Shown piece after piece: positions 25,484 through 35,148 of a DNA stretch of 40,311 bases (positions are counted from its first letter, which is position 1; every line of letters starts with the position of its first letter). The translations under genes were made by a program, and so were the position numbers. The notes beneath the pieces were generated by a model that saw nothing but the letters and a program-made list of their open reading frames with translations, had not been told where the DNA came from and searched no databases. Origin of the DNA: Candidatus Subterrananammoxibius californiae (GTDB taxonomy: Bacteria; Planctomycetota; Brocadiia; Brocadiales; Subterrananammoxibiaceae); assembly GCA_030586555.1 (NCBI GenBank), contig JAURAC010000029.1, forward strand, positions 1 to 40,311. The letters are read 5' to 3'.

Positions 25484-27571
25484 TCATGTTAGTTTTTTTT
25501 CGTCACACATTACTGGTAAATATACAGAAAAGGTTGTCCCCCTTCCCACCTCGCTTTTTACTTTTAATTGACCTTCGTGCTCATCTATAATTTGATGCGT
25601 TACGGCAAGTCCTACACCAGTGCCTCCGGGTTTCGTTGTGTAGAAAGGAACAAAGATATTTTCCATTACTTCTTGTGTCATGCCCTCACCGGTATCAATA
25701 ACATCAATTCTAATACAATTATCTTCAGTTACAGTTTTCATCGTAAGTGTACCCCCCGTAGGCATAGATTCCACCGCATTTTTAATCAAGTTAACAAACA
25801 CCTGTTTAATCAGGTCTGGGTCAACTATTGTTTTAGACAAATTGGGAGTAAACTCTTTAATTAGTTGAATCCCCTGCATCCTTAAAAGTGGTTCAAATAG
25901 TAAACATGCATTTTCAACAATCCCATTAATCTCTGCCTCTGTCTTTAAGGGTTTCTGGGGTTTGGTAAAATCCATCACGTTGGCAAGAATCTTCTCCAGG
26001 CGTTTAACTTCGTCTTTAATTATCTGGCTGCTTTCTCTGACGCTATCATCGTTGGTACATTTGCGTAGAATAGTTTGGGCAAATCCCCCTATAGTCGTAA
26101 GGGGGTTTCTAATCTCATGGGCAATATAAGCTGCTATCTTACCCATAATCGCCAGTCTTTCCGAACGGATGAGCCTCTCTTGAATATCCTTTAACTCATT
26201 GATTTTATCCTCAAGGCGTTTGTAAGCCTGCGCATTCTCAATAGCAAGGGCAGCCTGATTGGCAAACATCGTCAAGAGCTCCACATGGTCTTTAGTTATT
26301 GGTGTTGAACTATATAGGTTGTCTGCAACTATTACCCCAATAACCTCACCCCTTGCAACCAATGGTATACACAAGAATTCCCTGGCGCCTAATATGCGGG
26401 TAAATTCTTTAGTTACCCGCGGGTCTTCCGTAGCATTTTTTATGAGGATAGGCTTTCTCTGAAGCGCACAGGAAACTACCACCTCCTGCTCTTGCGATAA
26501 AGGGTAGGCGAGTAGTTTTGTCATAATATCCAAAGGAGTACCCTTTATATAGGCGTAATCAGCCTCTTTTATAAAATCCTCAAAGGTTGTATATTTCTGG
26601 GTTAATTTCTGCCATACCTGATAAGCCTCTTCCGCACTTGCGGGACCGACCGCCATCCTCCCGCATATAGTGTCCCTACGCACGTTAACCAAAAAAAGGA
26701 AGGCTCTATTAAATCCAAGGGCATGTCCAGCCGTTACACAGGTTAGGATAAGGTGCAGCAGTCTGTCGAGATGGAGTGTTCCTTGCATAGCTTCGCCAAG
26801 CTGCCTCACCAAAGAGAGTTGGTGAACCCTTTTTTCATTCTCGGTGGCATCAAGGGACATTACAAGTATGTTCTTAAGGCGGCCTTGCTCATCCATTATA
26901 GGCGTTGAGATGATGTGCGAGTACTTTACTTCGCCCTTTTCGGTAAAAGCCCTCATTTCTGTGCAGAGCCCGTCTGCCCCACCTAATATCATATTTGCTG
27001 GACACTTACGCCGTATTTCTGCATCGCAGTGGTATATGTCCTGACAATACATTCCAATAGGGTTTTCAAGTAAATGCAGCCTATCCTTCAGGGTATTACT
27101 TGCCCATACCACCTTCAAGTTATTATCGAGCAGGGTTACGCCTGCGCCCATTGCCTCCACAATCTTTTCTAAGTTCAATTTTTCACTACGTAATTGCTCC
27201 TCGGTCCTTTTCCTTCCAGTTATATCATGTGTTACCGATAGAAACCCAGCAAATGCCCCATCGTCACCAACAAGGTTTGTAGTATATTCATAAATGATGA
27301 TTTCTTTACCATCTTTTCTTAACGCGGACGCTTCCCTTTCCACATTACCATGTGCCCTGCATTGCTCTAAAGTCTCTTTAAGATAGAAAGGGGATTTTGT
27401 CAGAAATTCTGGCGTGCGTTTGCCAACCATTTCATCTGCCATGTAACCAAAAATCTTTTCATTACCGGGGTTCCAATACGTGTAAACCCCCTTTTCATCC
27501 ATCCTGCTTATTCCCAGTGGAATATACTGCAGAATATGCTCCAATTGCTGATTAGCCCGCCTTCTTTCCAT
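25484..27571 (-). CDS. Cytoplasmic PAS-PAS-GAF sensor histidine kinase
   Basis: PAS motifs; GAF segment LFLVN...IPLVARGEVIGVI...ENA; IAHEIRNPL, NLIKNA, DTGEGM and GTGVGL. Confidence 0.93.
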   Translation of the reverse strand: MERRRANQQLEHILQYIPLGISRMDEKGVYTYWNPGNEKIFGYMADEMVGKRTPEFLTKSPFYLKETLEQCRAHGNVEREASALRKDGKEIIIYEYTTNLVGDDGAFAGFLSVTHDITGRKRTEEQLRSEKLNLEKIVEAMGAGVTLLDNNLKVVWASNTLKDRLHLLENPIGMYCQDIYHCDAEIRRKCPANMILGGADGLCTEMRAFTEKGEVKYSHIISTPIMDEQGRLKNILVMSLDATENEKRVHQLSLVRQLGEAMQGTLHLDRLLHLILTCVTAGHALGFNRAFLFLVNVRRDTICGRMAVGPASAEEAYQVWQKLTQKYTTFEDFIKEADYAYIKGTPLDIMTKLLAYPLSQEQEVVVSCALQRKPILIKNATEDPRVTKEFTRILGAREFLCIPLVARGEVIGVIVADNLYSSTPITKDHVELLTMFANQAALAIENAQAYKRLEDKINELKDIQERLIRSERLAIMGKIAAYIAHEIRNPLTTIGGFAQTILRKCTNDDSVRESSQIIKDEVKRLEKILANVMDFTKPQKPLKTEAEINGIVENACLLFEPLLRMQGIQLIKEFTPNLSKTIVDPDLIKQVFVNLIKNAVESMPTGGTLTMKTVTEDNCIRIDVIDTGEGMTQEVMENIFVPFYTTKPGGTGVGLAVTHQIIDEHEGQLKVKSEVGRGTTFSVYLPVMCDEKKLT

Positions 27572-27584
27572 TTCTTCACTTCTT

Positions 27585-29720
27585 TCAAGGACGAAAATCG
27601 TAAACCGCCTTCTCCATTTCAACAACCCATGGAACCTCTGGCTTTAATCTTAAAAACCACCGAGGTAAAATAACAGAACTTTGATAAACCTGTTCAAAAC
27701 CCCTTTCCGATTGAGATACAGTCTGAATAGGGAAGACCCACACATCCGCAGGTATTCTCCACTTTAATTGTACCCTAACACCCAACCATTCGTCAACCAA
27801 TTCTACCCCTTTCTGGGATGTATATTCTACCTCCACGGCTAAATGCCCGGCGTTATCCTTACCCTCTAATTTATAATATCTACCGAAGGCATTACCGGCG
27901 GACATAGAGACGTTAAATTCCACGCCGAAGCAGACCTCTATGTCTTGCCGGGAAAGATTTTTTATGCAATAACTAATAGACAAAGTGGGGCTATTCTTAT
28001 CCAGTCTTACAATCTTTTCAACGCCTATTGGCAAACGTTTGCCATTTTGGGTAACACTTCCCATGCGTTGAAGAAGAAGCATTACATTCTCATCCGCCTG
28101 AGGCGGATCATTTAAACCAACTTCGTATGGCGATTGGACAAAATCTCCTAACTCATCGTACGTGCAATGGGCAACGTCTTCAAGCCTGGTATCCATTCTA
28201 AAAAAATGGTCTATTAAGCTTTCTCGCAGATACCAGTCATAATGAAGCATTTTCTCTAAACCTTCTTGTTGAGGGGCTACAATGTCATGGATACTTTTTA
28301 CCCGGTCGCCTTGTACTTTGCTGCTGGAAGATGCAATCTTTTTGTGGTACGCTTCTTTTCGGCGTGCAAGTGTATTTAAAAGATTTAATCCTTTTGCCTT
28401 ATAATCAAACTCGTAAAGATGCCCTCCTCTATCAGGTTTAAAATAGGCGCTCAGGTGTTCGTTGCCAATATATACTTCAGCATTAGTGTCAAGGTCGAAG
28501 TCAGTAACCTCTTTATATAATTTACCTGACGAATTCCCTTCTGCAATCTTCTCTGCATTAAGAAGGTGCTTATAGGTGGCGAATCTTAGATGAGGTAGGT
28601 ACAAGCCACCAAAAATCCCGTGCCAGTATGCATCATTACACTGTCCCTTAAAGAGCTCGGTAGCAGCCTCCTCAAAGGATTCGTTTTGAGCTTTTAGAGC
28701 AAAGACCTTTTTGCCCACATGGAGCATCTTTGCATACAACTGGTTTGATTCTGGATACTTTACCTTAAAATTTCGCCAGAACCCACCCTTTATAAACCGT
28801 ATTGCAGAATTGCCCCAGGGTTGAGCCTTGATTTTGTCTGCGACCTCTTCGTACTTTAGAATCCCCTCTACAGGCAAAGCCCATTCCATCATTTCACGAT
28901 AAGAAGTATCGGGGATGTATATCTTACCCTTTGGAGGGAGACGGTCTATTGCCTTGCTGAATGTGATTATGTTTAACCATTCTCGATTATCAATGAGCGC
29001 CTTGATAAATCGTTCAAGCCACCCACTGGTGTAAACATGCTCGTAGGTCTTAGGCCATACGCCGAATTTCTCCCCGTCATCGGCATAAACCATTATATTG
29101 TTGCCTTCCTCAATAGCCTTAGCACGGAGGTAATCAATCGTTGCCTCTGGCGTTCCAAAAGGAATGGAATAACGGAGTTTTTCGCTCGAGGCAAATACCT
29201 TCAGGATGTTTCCCTGGTCTTCGGTGACATAATAGCCGTCAAGTTGATTTTCCTCAAGACCGGCGCACTTAAAATGGGAATCATCCACAACGGTGTACTC
29301 CACACCCGAAACTGCAAGGGTCTTTGTGAGGCTTTGTTCCCAGACACGTTCAGCAAGCCATATACCCCTTACATGCTGACCAAAATGGTGAAATAGATAG
29401 TCTCTATATTTGCATAACTGACCAATCCTGTCCCTTTCAGGCAGCATAACCAATATGGGCTCATAAAAGCCGCCGCCCATCAGCTCTATTTGACCCCTGT
29501 TTGCCATCTCGTGTATCTGTCCAAAGAGGGCAGGCCTTTTGTCCTGAATCCATTCCAACAGGCTTCCTGAGAAGTGCATATTAAACCGTATCTCAGGATA
29601 CTTGCTCATCATATCTAAGAAAGGCTGGTAAGCCTTATTGCAAGCCTCCTCAATTACATTATCAAAATTACCTACGGGCTGGTGATTATGAATAGCAAAG
29701 ATGAAATTAATTTTTTTCAT
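27585..29720 (-). CDS. GH57 4-alpha-glucanotransferase / alpha-amylase (DUF1925/DUF1926)
   Basis: HNHQPVGN, WLAERVWE, DDGEKFGVWP, QCNDAYWHG and TVSQSERGFE. Confidence 0.93.
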   Translation of the reverse strand: MKKINFIFAIHNHQPVGNFDNVIEEACNKAYQPFLDMMSKYPEIRFNMHFSGSLLEWIQDKRPALFGQIHEMANRGQIELMGGGFYEPILVMLPERDRIGQLCKYRDYLFHHFGQHVRGIWLAERVWEQSLTKTLAVSGVEYTVVDDSHFKCAGLEENQLDGYYVTEDQGNILKVFASSEKLRYSIPFGTPEATIDYLRAKAIEEGNNIMVYADDGEKFGVWPKTYEHVYTSGWLERFIKALIDNREWLNIITFSKAIDRLPPKGKIYIPDTSYREMMEWALPVEGILKYEEVADKIKAQPWGNSAIRFIKGGFWRNFKVKYPESNQLYAKMLHVGKKVFALKAQNESFEEAATELFKGQCNDAYWHGIFGGLYLPHLRFATYKHLLNAEKIAEGNSSGKLYKEVTDFDLDTNAEVYIGNEHLSAYFKPDRGGHLYEFDYKAKGLNLLNTLARRKEAYHKKIASSSSKVQGDRVKSIHDIVAPQQEGLEKMLHYDWYLRESLIDHFFRMDTRLEDVAHCTYDELGDFVQSPYEVGLNDPPQADENVMLLLQRMGSVTQNGKRLPIGVEKIVRLDKNSPTLSISYCIKNLSRQDIEVCFGVEFNVSMSAGNAFGRYYKLEGKDNAGHLAVEVEYTSQKGVELVDEWLGVRVQLKWRIPADVWVFPIQTVSQSERGFEQVYQSSVILPRWFLRLKPEVPWVVEMEKAVYDFRP

Positions 29721-29725
29721 ACAGC

Positions 29726-29998
29726 CTAAACCTTCTTCTCTACTTTCTTTTTGCCAACGATTTCAATGACCTCATTATCCTTTTCATCATAGATTTCAAT
29801 CTCGTTCTCAGGACTTAATAAATACTTTAAAGGATAATCTTCAGTATTCAGAATTTCTATGCCAACCAAATTACCTTTGCCATCGATATCCAGATTCAAA
29901 TTGTCATTTACTTCAATGGTCTTTACTCCACCTTTCTTGTGTGATTGTAAGTTAATATATATTAACCCTCCGTATCCTTTTGTGTATTCTATCTTCAT
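29726..29998 (-). CDS. DUF2283-domain protein
   Basis: MKIEY...LIYINL...KTIEVNDNLNLDIDGKGNLVGIEILN. Confidence 0.85.
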   Translation of the reverse strand: MKIEYTKGYGGLIYINLQSHKKGGVKTIEVNDNLNLDIDGKGNLVGIEILNTEDYPLKYLLSPENEIEIYDEKDNEVIEIVGKKKVEKKV

Positions 29999-30063
29999 AT
30001 TTTTTCTTCATGGTATTCCGTAGCTTTCGCGTAGGATACCCTATTTTCATGCTTCCGTGTGTG

Positions 30064-30092
30064 CACGGACAAACAAGTTTGTCCATGCCACC
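30064..30092 (-). repeat. GGGTGG-type REP
   Basis: CACGGACAAACAAGTTTGTCCATGCCACC. Confidence 0.85.
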
Positions 30093-30147
30093 TTATCTTC
30101 TATTTCTGTTTTTTGTGTGGCGGGTTAATTTTACCGTTCTCAAATCT

Positions 30148-31614
30148 TTAAGCCTTTTGTAAAGCCTTTTCGTAAAGCTTGGCGTATTCCCTTGCGCTAT
30201 GTTCCCATGACCAGTCTTGCTTCATCCCGTGCTTCATTATTCTTAGCCATCTTGCCTTGTCCTTGCATAATGTAACAGCCCTTGTGATGGTTTTAAGTAA
30301 AGCCTGCGAAGTAAATTCGTCGAAAGAGAACCCGTTTGCTTTGCCATTTTTCAATGTTGCAGGTGTGCAATCTGTAATGGTATCGGCAAGTCCGCCAGTA
30401 TTTCGAATGAGCGGCACTGTCCCGTATCTAAGGCTGTATAGCTGGTTCAAGCCGCAAGGTTCGTATTTAGATGGCATTAAAAATATATCTGCCCCCGCCT
30501 CAATCTCATGAGCAAGGGCGTTGTCAAAACCTATATATATACCCACCTTTTTAGGGTATTGCTTTGCATATGCTTTGAACCGGCTTTCGTACTCTATATT
30601 ACCGGTTCCAAGCAGAACAAACTGCAAATCGAGTTTCATAAGGTCATCAAATATATCTGCAAGTAGTAACACACCTTTTTGCACATCTAAGCGGGTTATC
30701 ATTGCCAGTACTGGAACGTCCTTTTGTGGAAGATTAAACCTTTGCTGGAGATGTCTTTTGCATACTTGTTTACCCTTCAAATCGTTAATTGAGTAATTAG
30801 CAGGTATCAACCTGTCATGCGCCGGGTCCCACACAGAGTAATCTATCCCATTTAATATACCGTAAAGGTCTTTCGACCTTTCCCTAAGTATGCCTTCAAG
30901 CCCCTTTCCAAAATCATCGGTAGTTTGAATCTCCTCAGCATACTTTTTGCTAACTGTGTTAATTACATCTGAGAAGACTATACCACCTTTCAAAAGATTA
31001 AGATTGCCAAAGAACTCCAGTTGCTTCCAGTTAAATAGACTCCAATCAAGCCCCGTTAATTTCATGTCCCAGTGCCAGAACAGCCCCTGATAGCCAAGGT
31101 TGTGGATTGTGAACACGCTCCTTACTTTCTGAAAGCATAGGTCTGTTGCATAAAGGGTCTTAAGATAGACGGGTATTAGAGCCGACTGCCAATCGTTGCA
31201 GTGAATAATATCAGGCGTTAATTTAAGCAGCTTTATTGCCTCGAGAACGCCCCTGGAGAAGAATATAAATCGTTCACAGTTGTCCGCAAAATCCTTGCCT
31301 GTCTTCGGGTCCTTGTAAAGTTCATTCCTTCCATAATAACCATCGTTCTCGATGAAATAGATGGGCGTTTTAGATTCGGGTAAGAATCCCTTATATATAC
31401 TGCCTGGTTTTGAATTGTTGAATATTGGTATTTCAAACGAAAGATTCATTTGTACAGGGTTTGTCACATTTTTCACACCTTTATACAAAGGCATAAAAAC
31501 TGTAACGTTGTGCCCCAGCTTGCTCAAGCATTTTGGCAGCGTACCAGCAACGTCAGCCAATCCGCCAGTCTTGGCAAATGGCACTATTTCTGGAGAGACG
31601 TAGATGATGTTCAT
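30148..31614 (-). CDS. glgA: Glycogen synthase
   Basis: KTGGLADV, HCNDWQ, TIHNLGYQG, PSKYEPCGLNQ and TGGLADT. Confidence 0.97.
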   Translation of the reverse strand: MNIIYVSPEIVPFAKTGGLADVAGTLPKCLSKLGHNVTVFMPLYKGVKNVTNPVQMNLSFEIPIFNNSKPGSIYKGFLPESKTPIYFIENDGYYGRNELYKDPKTGKDFADNCERFIFFSRGVLEAIKLLKLTPDIIHCNDWQSALIPVYLKTLYATDLCFQKVRSVFTIHNLGYQGLFWHWDMKLTGLDWSLFNWKQLEFFGNLNLLKGGIVFSDVINTVSKKYAEEIQTTDDFGKGLEGILRERSKDLYGILNGIDYSVWDPAHDRLIPANYSINDLKGKQVCKRHLQQRFNLPQKDVPVLAMITRLDVQKGVLLLADIFDDLMKLDLQFVLLGTGNIEYESRFKAYAKQYPKKVGIYIGFDNALAHEIEAGADIFLMPSKYEPCGLNQLYSLRYGTVPLIRNTGGLADTITDCTPATLKNGKANGFSFDEFTSQALLKTITRAVTLCKDKARWLRIMKHGMKQDWSWEHSAREYAKLYEKALQKA

Positions 31615-31645
31615 TGGGATATGCTCCTCTTATTAATTCCCACGA

Positions 31646-31676
31646 CACGGACAAAACGAGTTTGTCCGTGCCACCC
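31646..31676 (-). repeat. GGGTGG-type REP
   Basis: CACGGACAAAACGAGTTTGTCCGTGCCACCC. Confidence 0.8.
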
Positions 31677-31690
31677 CCCTATTTATTTAC

Positions 31691-32701
31691 CTATGTAGTA
31701 AGCTTACCGTCAACCTTGCGTAAATATTCAGCGGCGTTCTCTGGAGGCACGGTATTAATATAGTATCCTGTACCCCATTCAAACCCTGCAACCTTCGTAA
31801 GCCTCGGTATTATTTCGATGTGCCAGTGATAATATTCAAGTTCACCAGAGTTAAAAGGACTGGTATGGAGTATATAGTTATACGGGGGCGAGTCGAGGGC
31901 AGTTTCAAGCTTTGCGAGTGTGGACTTTAATACCATTGCCAGTTCTTCTATCTCAATCTTCTGCGCATTTTCGAAATGAGCCTCATGCTGTTTTGGAAGT
32001 ATCCATGTCTCAAAAGGAAACCGTGCGGCAAATGGCTCAAACGAAATGAAGTTGTCCTGTTCTATGACTATTCTTGCTCCAGTAGCTATTTCCTGCCGAA
32101 CCATGTCGCAGAAGATGCATCTATTACGGTACCTGTAAAACTCCTCTGCGCCGCGCATTTCATGGTCAACTGTTATTGGTACAACGGGAGTGACAATTAG
32201 CTGGGTGTGTGAATGTTCAAGGCTTGCCCCGGCAACTGCCCCGACGTTCTTAAAGAGCATGCCGTAGGTGAACCGTTTATCCTTTTTCAGGTCAACCAAT
32301 CTATCCCTATAGGTCCATAATATCTCCTGAACGTGCCCATTCTCAAGTTGTGTTAATGATACCACATGCTTAGGGCTTTCTATTATTACTTCATGAGCGC
32401 CTATACCATTCATCATATCATATATGCCATCGCCGCGTTTGTCGAGATTGCCCTCTATCCGCAAGGCAGGGAATTTGTTGGGGACTACCCGCACCCTCCA
32501 CCCCCGCTGGTTTTGATAAGTGCCTTTCTCACGATATGCCATAATCTCAGGTGGCGTTTTATCCTCATTACCCTCACAAAAAGGACAAAAACCACCCTTA
32601 ATTGGCTGTGGTTCTACCTTAAAATCGTTTGGTCTTGCAGCACGTTCCGTGGCAATTATTACCCACCGCTGTGACACAGGGTCTTTTCTTAATTCGGGCA
32701 T
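31691..32701 (-). CDS. galT: Galactose-1-phosphate uridylyltransferase family protein (GalT/HIT)
   Basis: [37 protein letters not shown] and AGFEWGTG. Confidence 0.9.
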   Translation of the reverse strand: MPELRKDPVSQRWVIIATERAARPNDFKVEPQPIKGGFCPFCEGNEDKTPPEIMAYREKGTYQNQRGWRVRVVPNKFPALRIEGNLDKRGDGIYDMMNGIGAHEVIIESPKHVVSLTQLENGHVQEILWTYRDRLVDLKKDKRFTYGMLFKNVGAVAGASLEHSHTQLIVTPVVPITVDHEMRGAEEFYRYRNRCIFCDMVRQEIATGARIVIEQDNFISFEPFAARFPFETWILPKQHEAHFENAQKIEIEELAMVLKSTLAKLETALDSPPYNYILHTSPFNSGELEYYHWHIEIIPRLTKVAGFEWGTGYYINTVPPENAAEYLRKVDGKLTT

Positions 32702-32764
32702 AAGTTCATTCTCCTCCTTTTATTTCGGTCATTGGTTATGCACCTATTACCTACTTTCCCGTAT

Positions 32765-34969
32765 CTATACCTGCCACATAACTTCTTCAAAATCCTTTGA
32801 CGGCACCTCGAAGGTAAAAACTGTATCAATTGGCGCTCTTTGTATTATCTCTTTATCCCTCTCAATCTCCACAAAAAATTCTACCGCCATGCCAGGTTGA
32901 AGACCCAAATCCGAAAATGAGCTGCACAGTTCCAGTATCTCATCTACCGCCGCACAGTGAGGAATTTTTTTTGCGCTAATCGTACCATTTTCCATGAGTT
33001 CTATGTCCATCAATCCGCCCGAGGTGGACAGAGGACCGGGGATTCGAAACCGTATTTCTACTGGCGTTAAGAAATTAATAATAATTGAATCGTTAGCGGT
33101 TAACTTTCCAATTACTTCCTTAAAGAAGTCAATGCGCAAGAAGAAGTGGCTTATATCAAACCCAAAGAAAACCTCTTTAATAACCCAGCCCGACACCCTT
33201 TTCATTGCCCCAGCATCCTTTTCAGCTTCGTAGTGACCAGCGGCTATCCACTCAAAATAGTTACTGGACTTTCCATCGAGCTTAATGCTCAGAAAACCCT
33301 TCGGGCTGGTATAAGGTCTTTTTCTCCCTACCCTTGCTATTGGTGCATCCAGGCTCTTTGGGTAATCTTCACCAACGAATTTATAAATGTTCTTGACATG
33401 CCTTCTGAAGAGCTTATCGAATTCATTGTCGTAAGCGGAAGAGTGGTCGTCTCCATACCACCAGAACCAGTCACTGCCCTCTGCTATGTATAGCTCTTCC
33501 CATGCCTTAATGGTAAGGTTGCTGTCTAATTTGGGCTCGCGCTCTCTTAATTGTCTGGTAAGAAAATCCCTTGCCTCAGCAACGAATTCCCATGCCTTAT
33601 TCTTTTCCTCGTGACCTACCCACGTGGCAAGATTGTGTCCAATCCATGAACCTGAAAATAGCGTACGCAAGGTATCTGTGGGCGGATACTCCTTCAAATA
33701 ATCACCAATTTTTACAGTTTTAATATCTCTGTCGCCAACAAGGGCTCGATACAACCCTCTCAGGAAATCGAGTCCGCTATTTGGATAGTACTCCCATGCG
33801 TTTTCTCCATCAAGAATGATGCTTACGAGCAGCGGCTCATTCTCCGCCTTAGGCGGATGCCTTTTAATAAAATCTATCCGCTTGAGAAAATCACTCACAG
33901 CAGTTCCGCTCTCGCATCTCGAATACTGGAACCCAATAAGGTCAGAGATGTTATGGTCTCTAAAAACCATATATATCTGGCTGCCGCCTGTTGAAACCTG
34001 GCAAGGCTTATAGATTATTTCAGGATTGGTAACATTTCCGCCTCCGTCTCTGTGGATATTTATTCCTAAAGAATGCGCAAGTATTTCTTCATCCGAAGCA
34101 GCCCACTCTATACCTGCCTGAGCAAGCACGGGGATAATATCGTCACTAACAGCGCCTTCTGAGGGCCACATTCCGTGTGGCTTACTACCGAAAAACTTCT
34201 CATGTGTCAAGATGGCCCTTTCTACCTGAACCTTAGCGTCTTCCTTTGCGCTGACTGTCTTGCCGGGTAGCCTGATATGAGGCAGCGCTTCCCTCGCTCT
34301 TCTAACATCACAAAGCAGCGGTAGGATTGGATGGTAAAGCGGCGATGCAGTAAGTTCTATTTGCCCAGAATCCTGCATCTTCTTGTAACGTGGGATAATA
34401 TCCTTCATTATCTCCAATTCTTTGGCAAGAACGGCTTTTTTGTCCTCTTCGGTGAAGTCGGCGCCCTTTGCAAGTAATCCTTTCAGGTTTTCATCATGTT
34501 GTGTTACAACGGGATGAATCCATGCAAGGTTAGCCCACACCTGCAAATCCCGAATGTCCTTCTCTGAAAAGAATTTTGACACCTCGGAGGCACGCCTTCT
34601 TGAAAAGTTCCTCTTTTGTAAAAGCGTTCTATAGCGGGGATAAACGTTTATCATATTGGGCCAGTTTGCAGCAAAGAAATTATCCAGGATGAAGAGCTTT
34701 TCATCCTCCGTTAAATCACTTGCAGGCTTCTCGCTCAGTATCCAGAACTTATCCCTGCCAGTTCCATCGGCATAATCCTGTATTTGTTCCAGAAGACAGG
34801 GGACAAAATTAAATGTTTGCCGCATCTCTGGAAACTCTTCGAGTATAGCTATCATGCCTATGTAGTCCTTTATTCCATGGAGTCGTACCCATGGCATCAG
34901 GTATTCGCCTGTTGCGAGGTCTTTATAGTACGGTTGATGATGATGCCAGAAAAATGCTATATGTACCAT
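32765..34969 (-). CDS. GH57 glycoside hydrolase (amylopullulanase-like)
   Basis: WHHHQPYY, PWVRLH, WPSEG, ILDGENAWE and AEGSDWFWW. Confidence 0.92.
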   Translation of the reverse strand: MVHIAFFWHHHQPYYKDLATGEYLMPWVRLHGIKDYIGMIAILEEFPEMRQTFNFVPCLLEQIQDYADGTGRDKFWILSEKPASDLTEDEKLFILDNFFAANWPNMINVYPRYRTLLQKRNFSRRRASEVSKFFSEKDIRDLQVWANLAWIHPVVTQHDENLKGLLAKGADFTEEDKKAVLAKELEIMKDIIPRYKKMQDSGQIELTASPLYHPILPLLCDVRRAREALPHIRLPGKTVSAKEDAKVQVERAILTHEKFFGSKPHGMWPSEGAVSDDIIPVLAQAGIEWAASDEEILAHSLGINIHRDGGGNVTNPEIIYKPCQVSTGGSQIYMVFRDHNISDLIGFQYSRCESGTAVSDFLKRIDFIKRHPPKAENEPLLVSIILDGENAWEYYPNSGLDFLRGLYRALVGDRDIKTVKIGDYLKEYPPTDTLRTLFSGSWIGHNLATWVGHEEKNKAWEFVAEARDFLTRQLREREPKLDSNLTIKAWEELYIAEGSDWFWWYGDDHSSAYDNEFDKLFRRHVKNIYKFVGEDYPKSLDAPIARVGRKRPYTSPKGFLSIKLDGKSSNYFEWIAAGHYEAEKDAGAMKRVSGWVIKEVFFGFDISHFFLRIDFFKEVIGKLTANDSIIINFLTPVEIRFRIPGPLSTSGGLMDIELMENGTISAKKIPHCAAVDEILELCSSFSDLGLQPGMAVEFFVEIERDKEIIQRAPIDTVFTFEVPSKDFEEVMWQV

Positions 34970-35071
34970 TTTAAGATGTGTTATAGGTTAAGTGTGTACC
35001 TGCTAAAGATATTATCGGGATTATCCAACATTCATTTTATCAGGTTGAGTATGGTTTTCAAATACTTTTAT

Positions 35072-35129
35072 GGTAGACAACGGACTTTATGTCCGTTGGA
35101 ATCAACGATGTGAAACATCGTTGTCTACC
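35072..35129. repeat. GTAG-type double-hairpin REP
   Basis: Copy of 11595-11652. Confidence 0.85.
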
Positions 35130-35148
35130 TTTTTTCAAAAGGGGGATG

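Noticed and set aside
29980..30162. 60-aa plus-strand ORF
   Set aside because: It is composed of REP elements and is antisense to the operon
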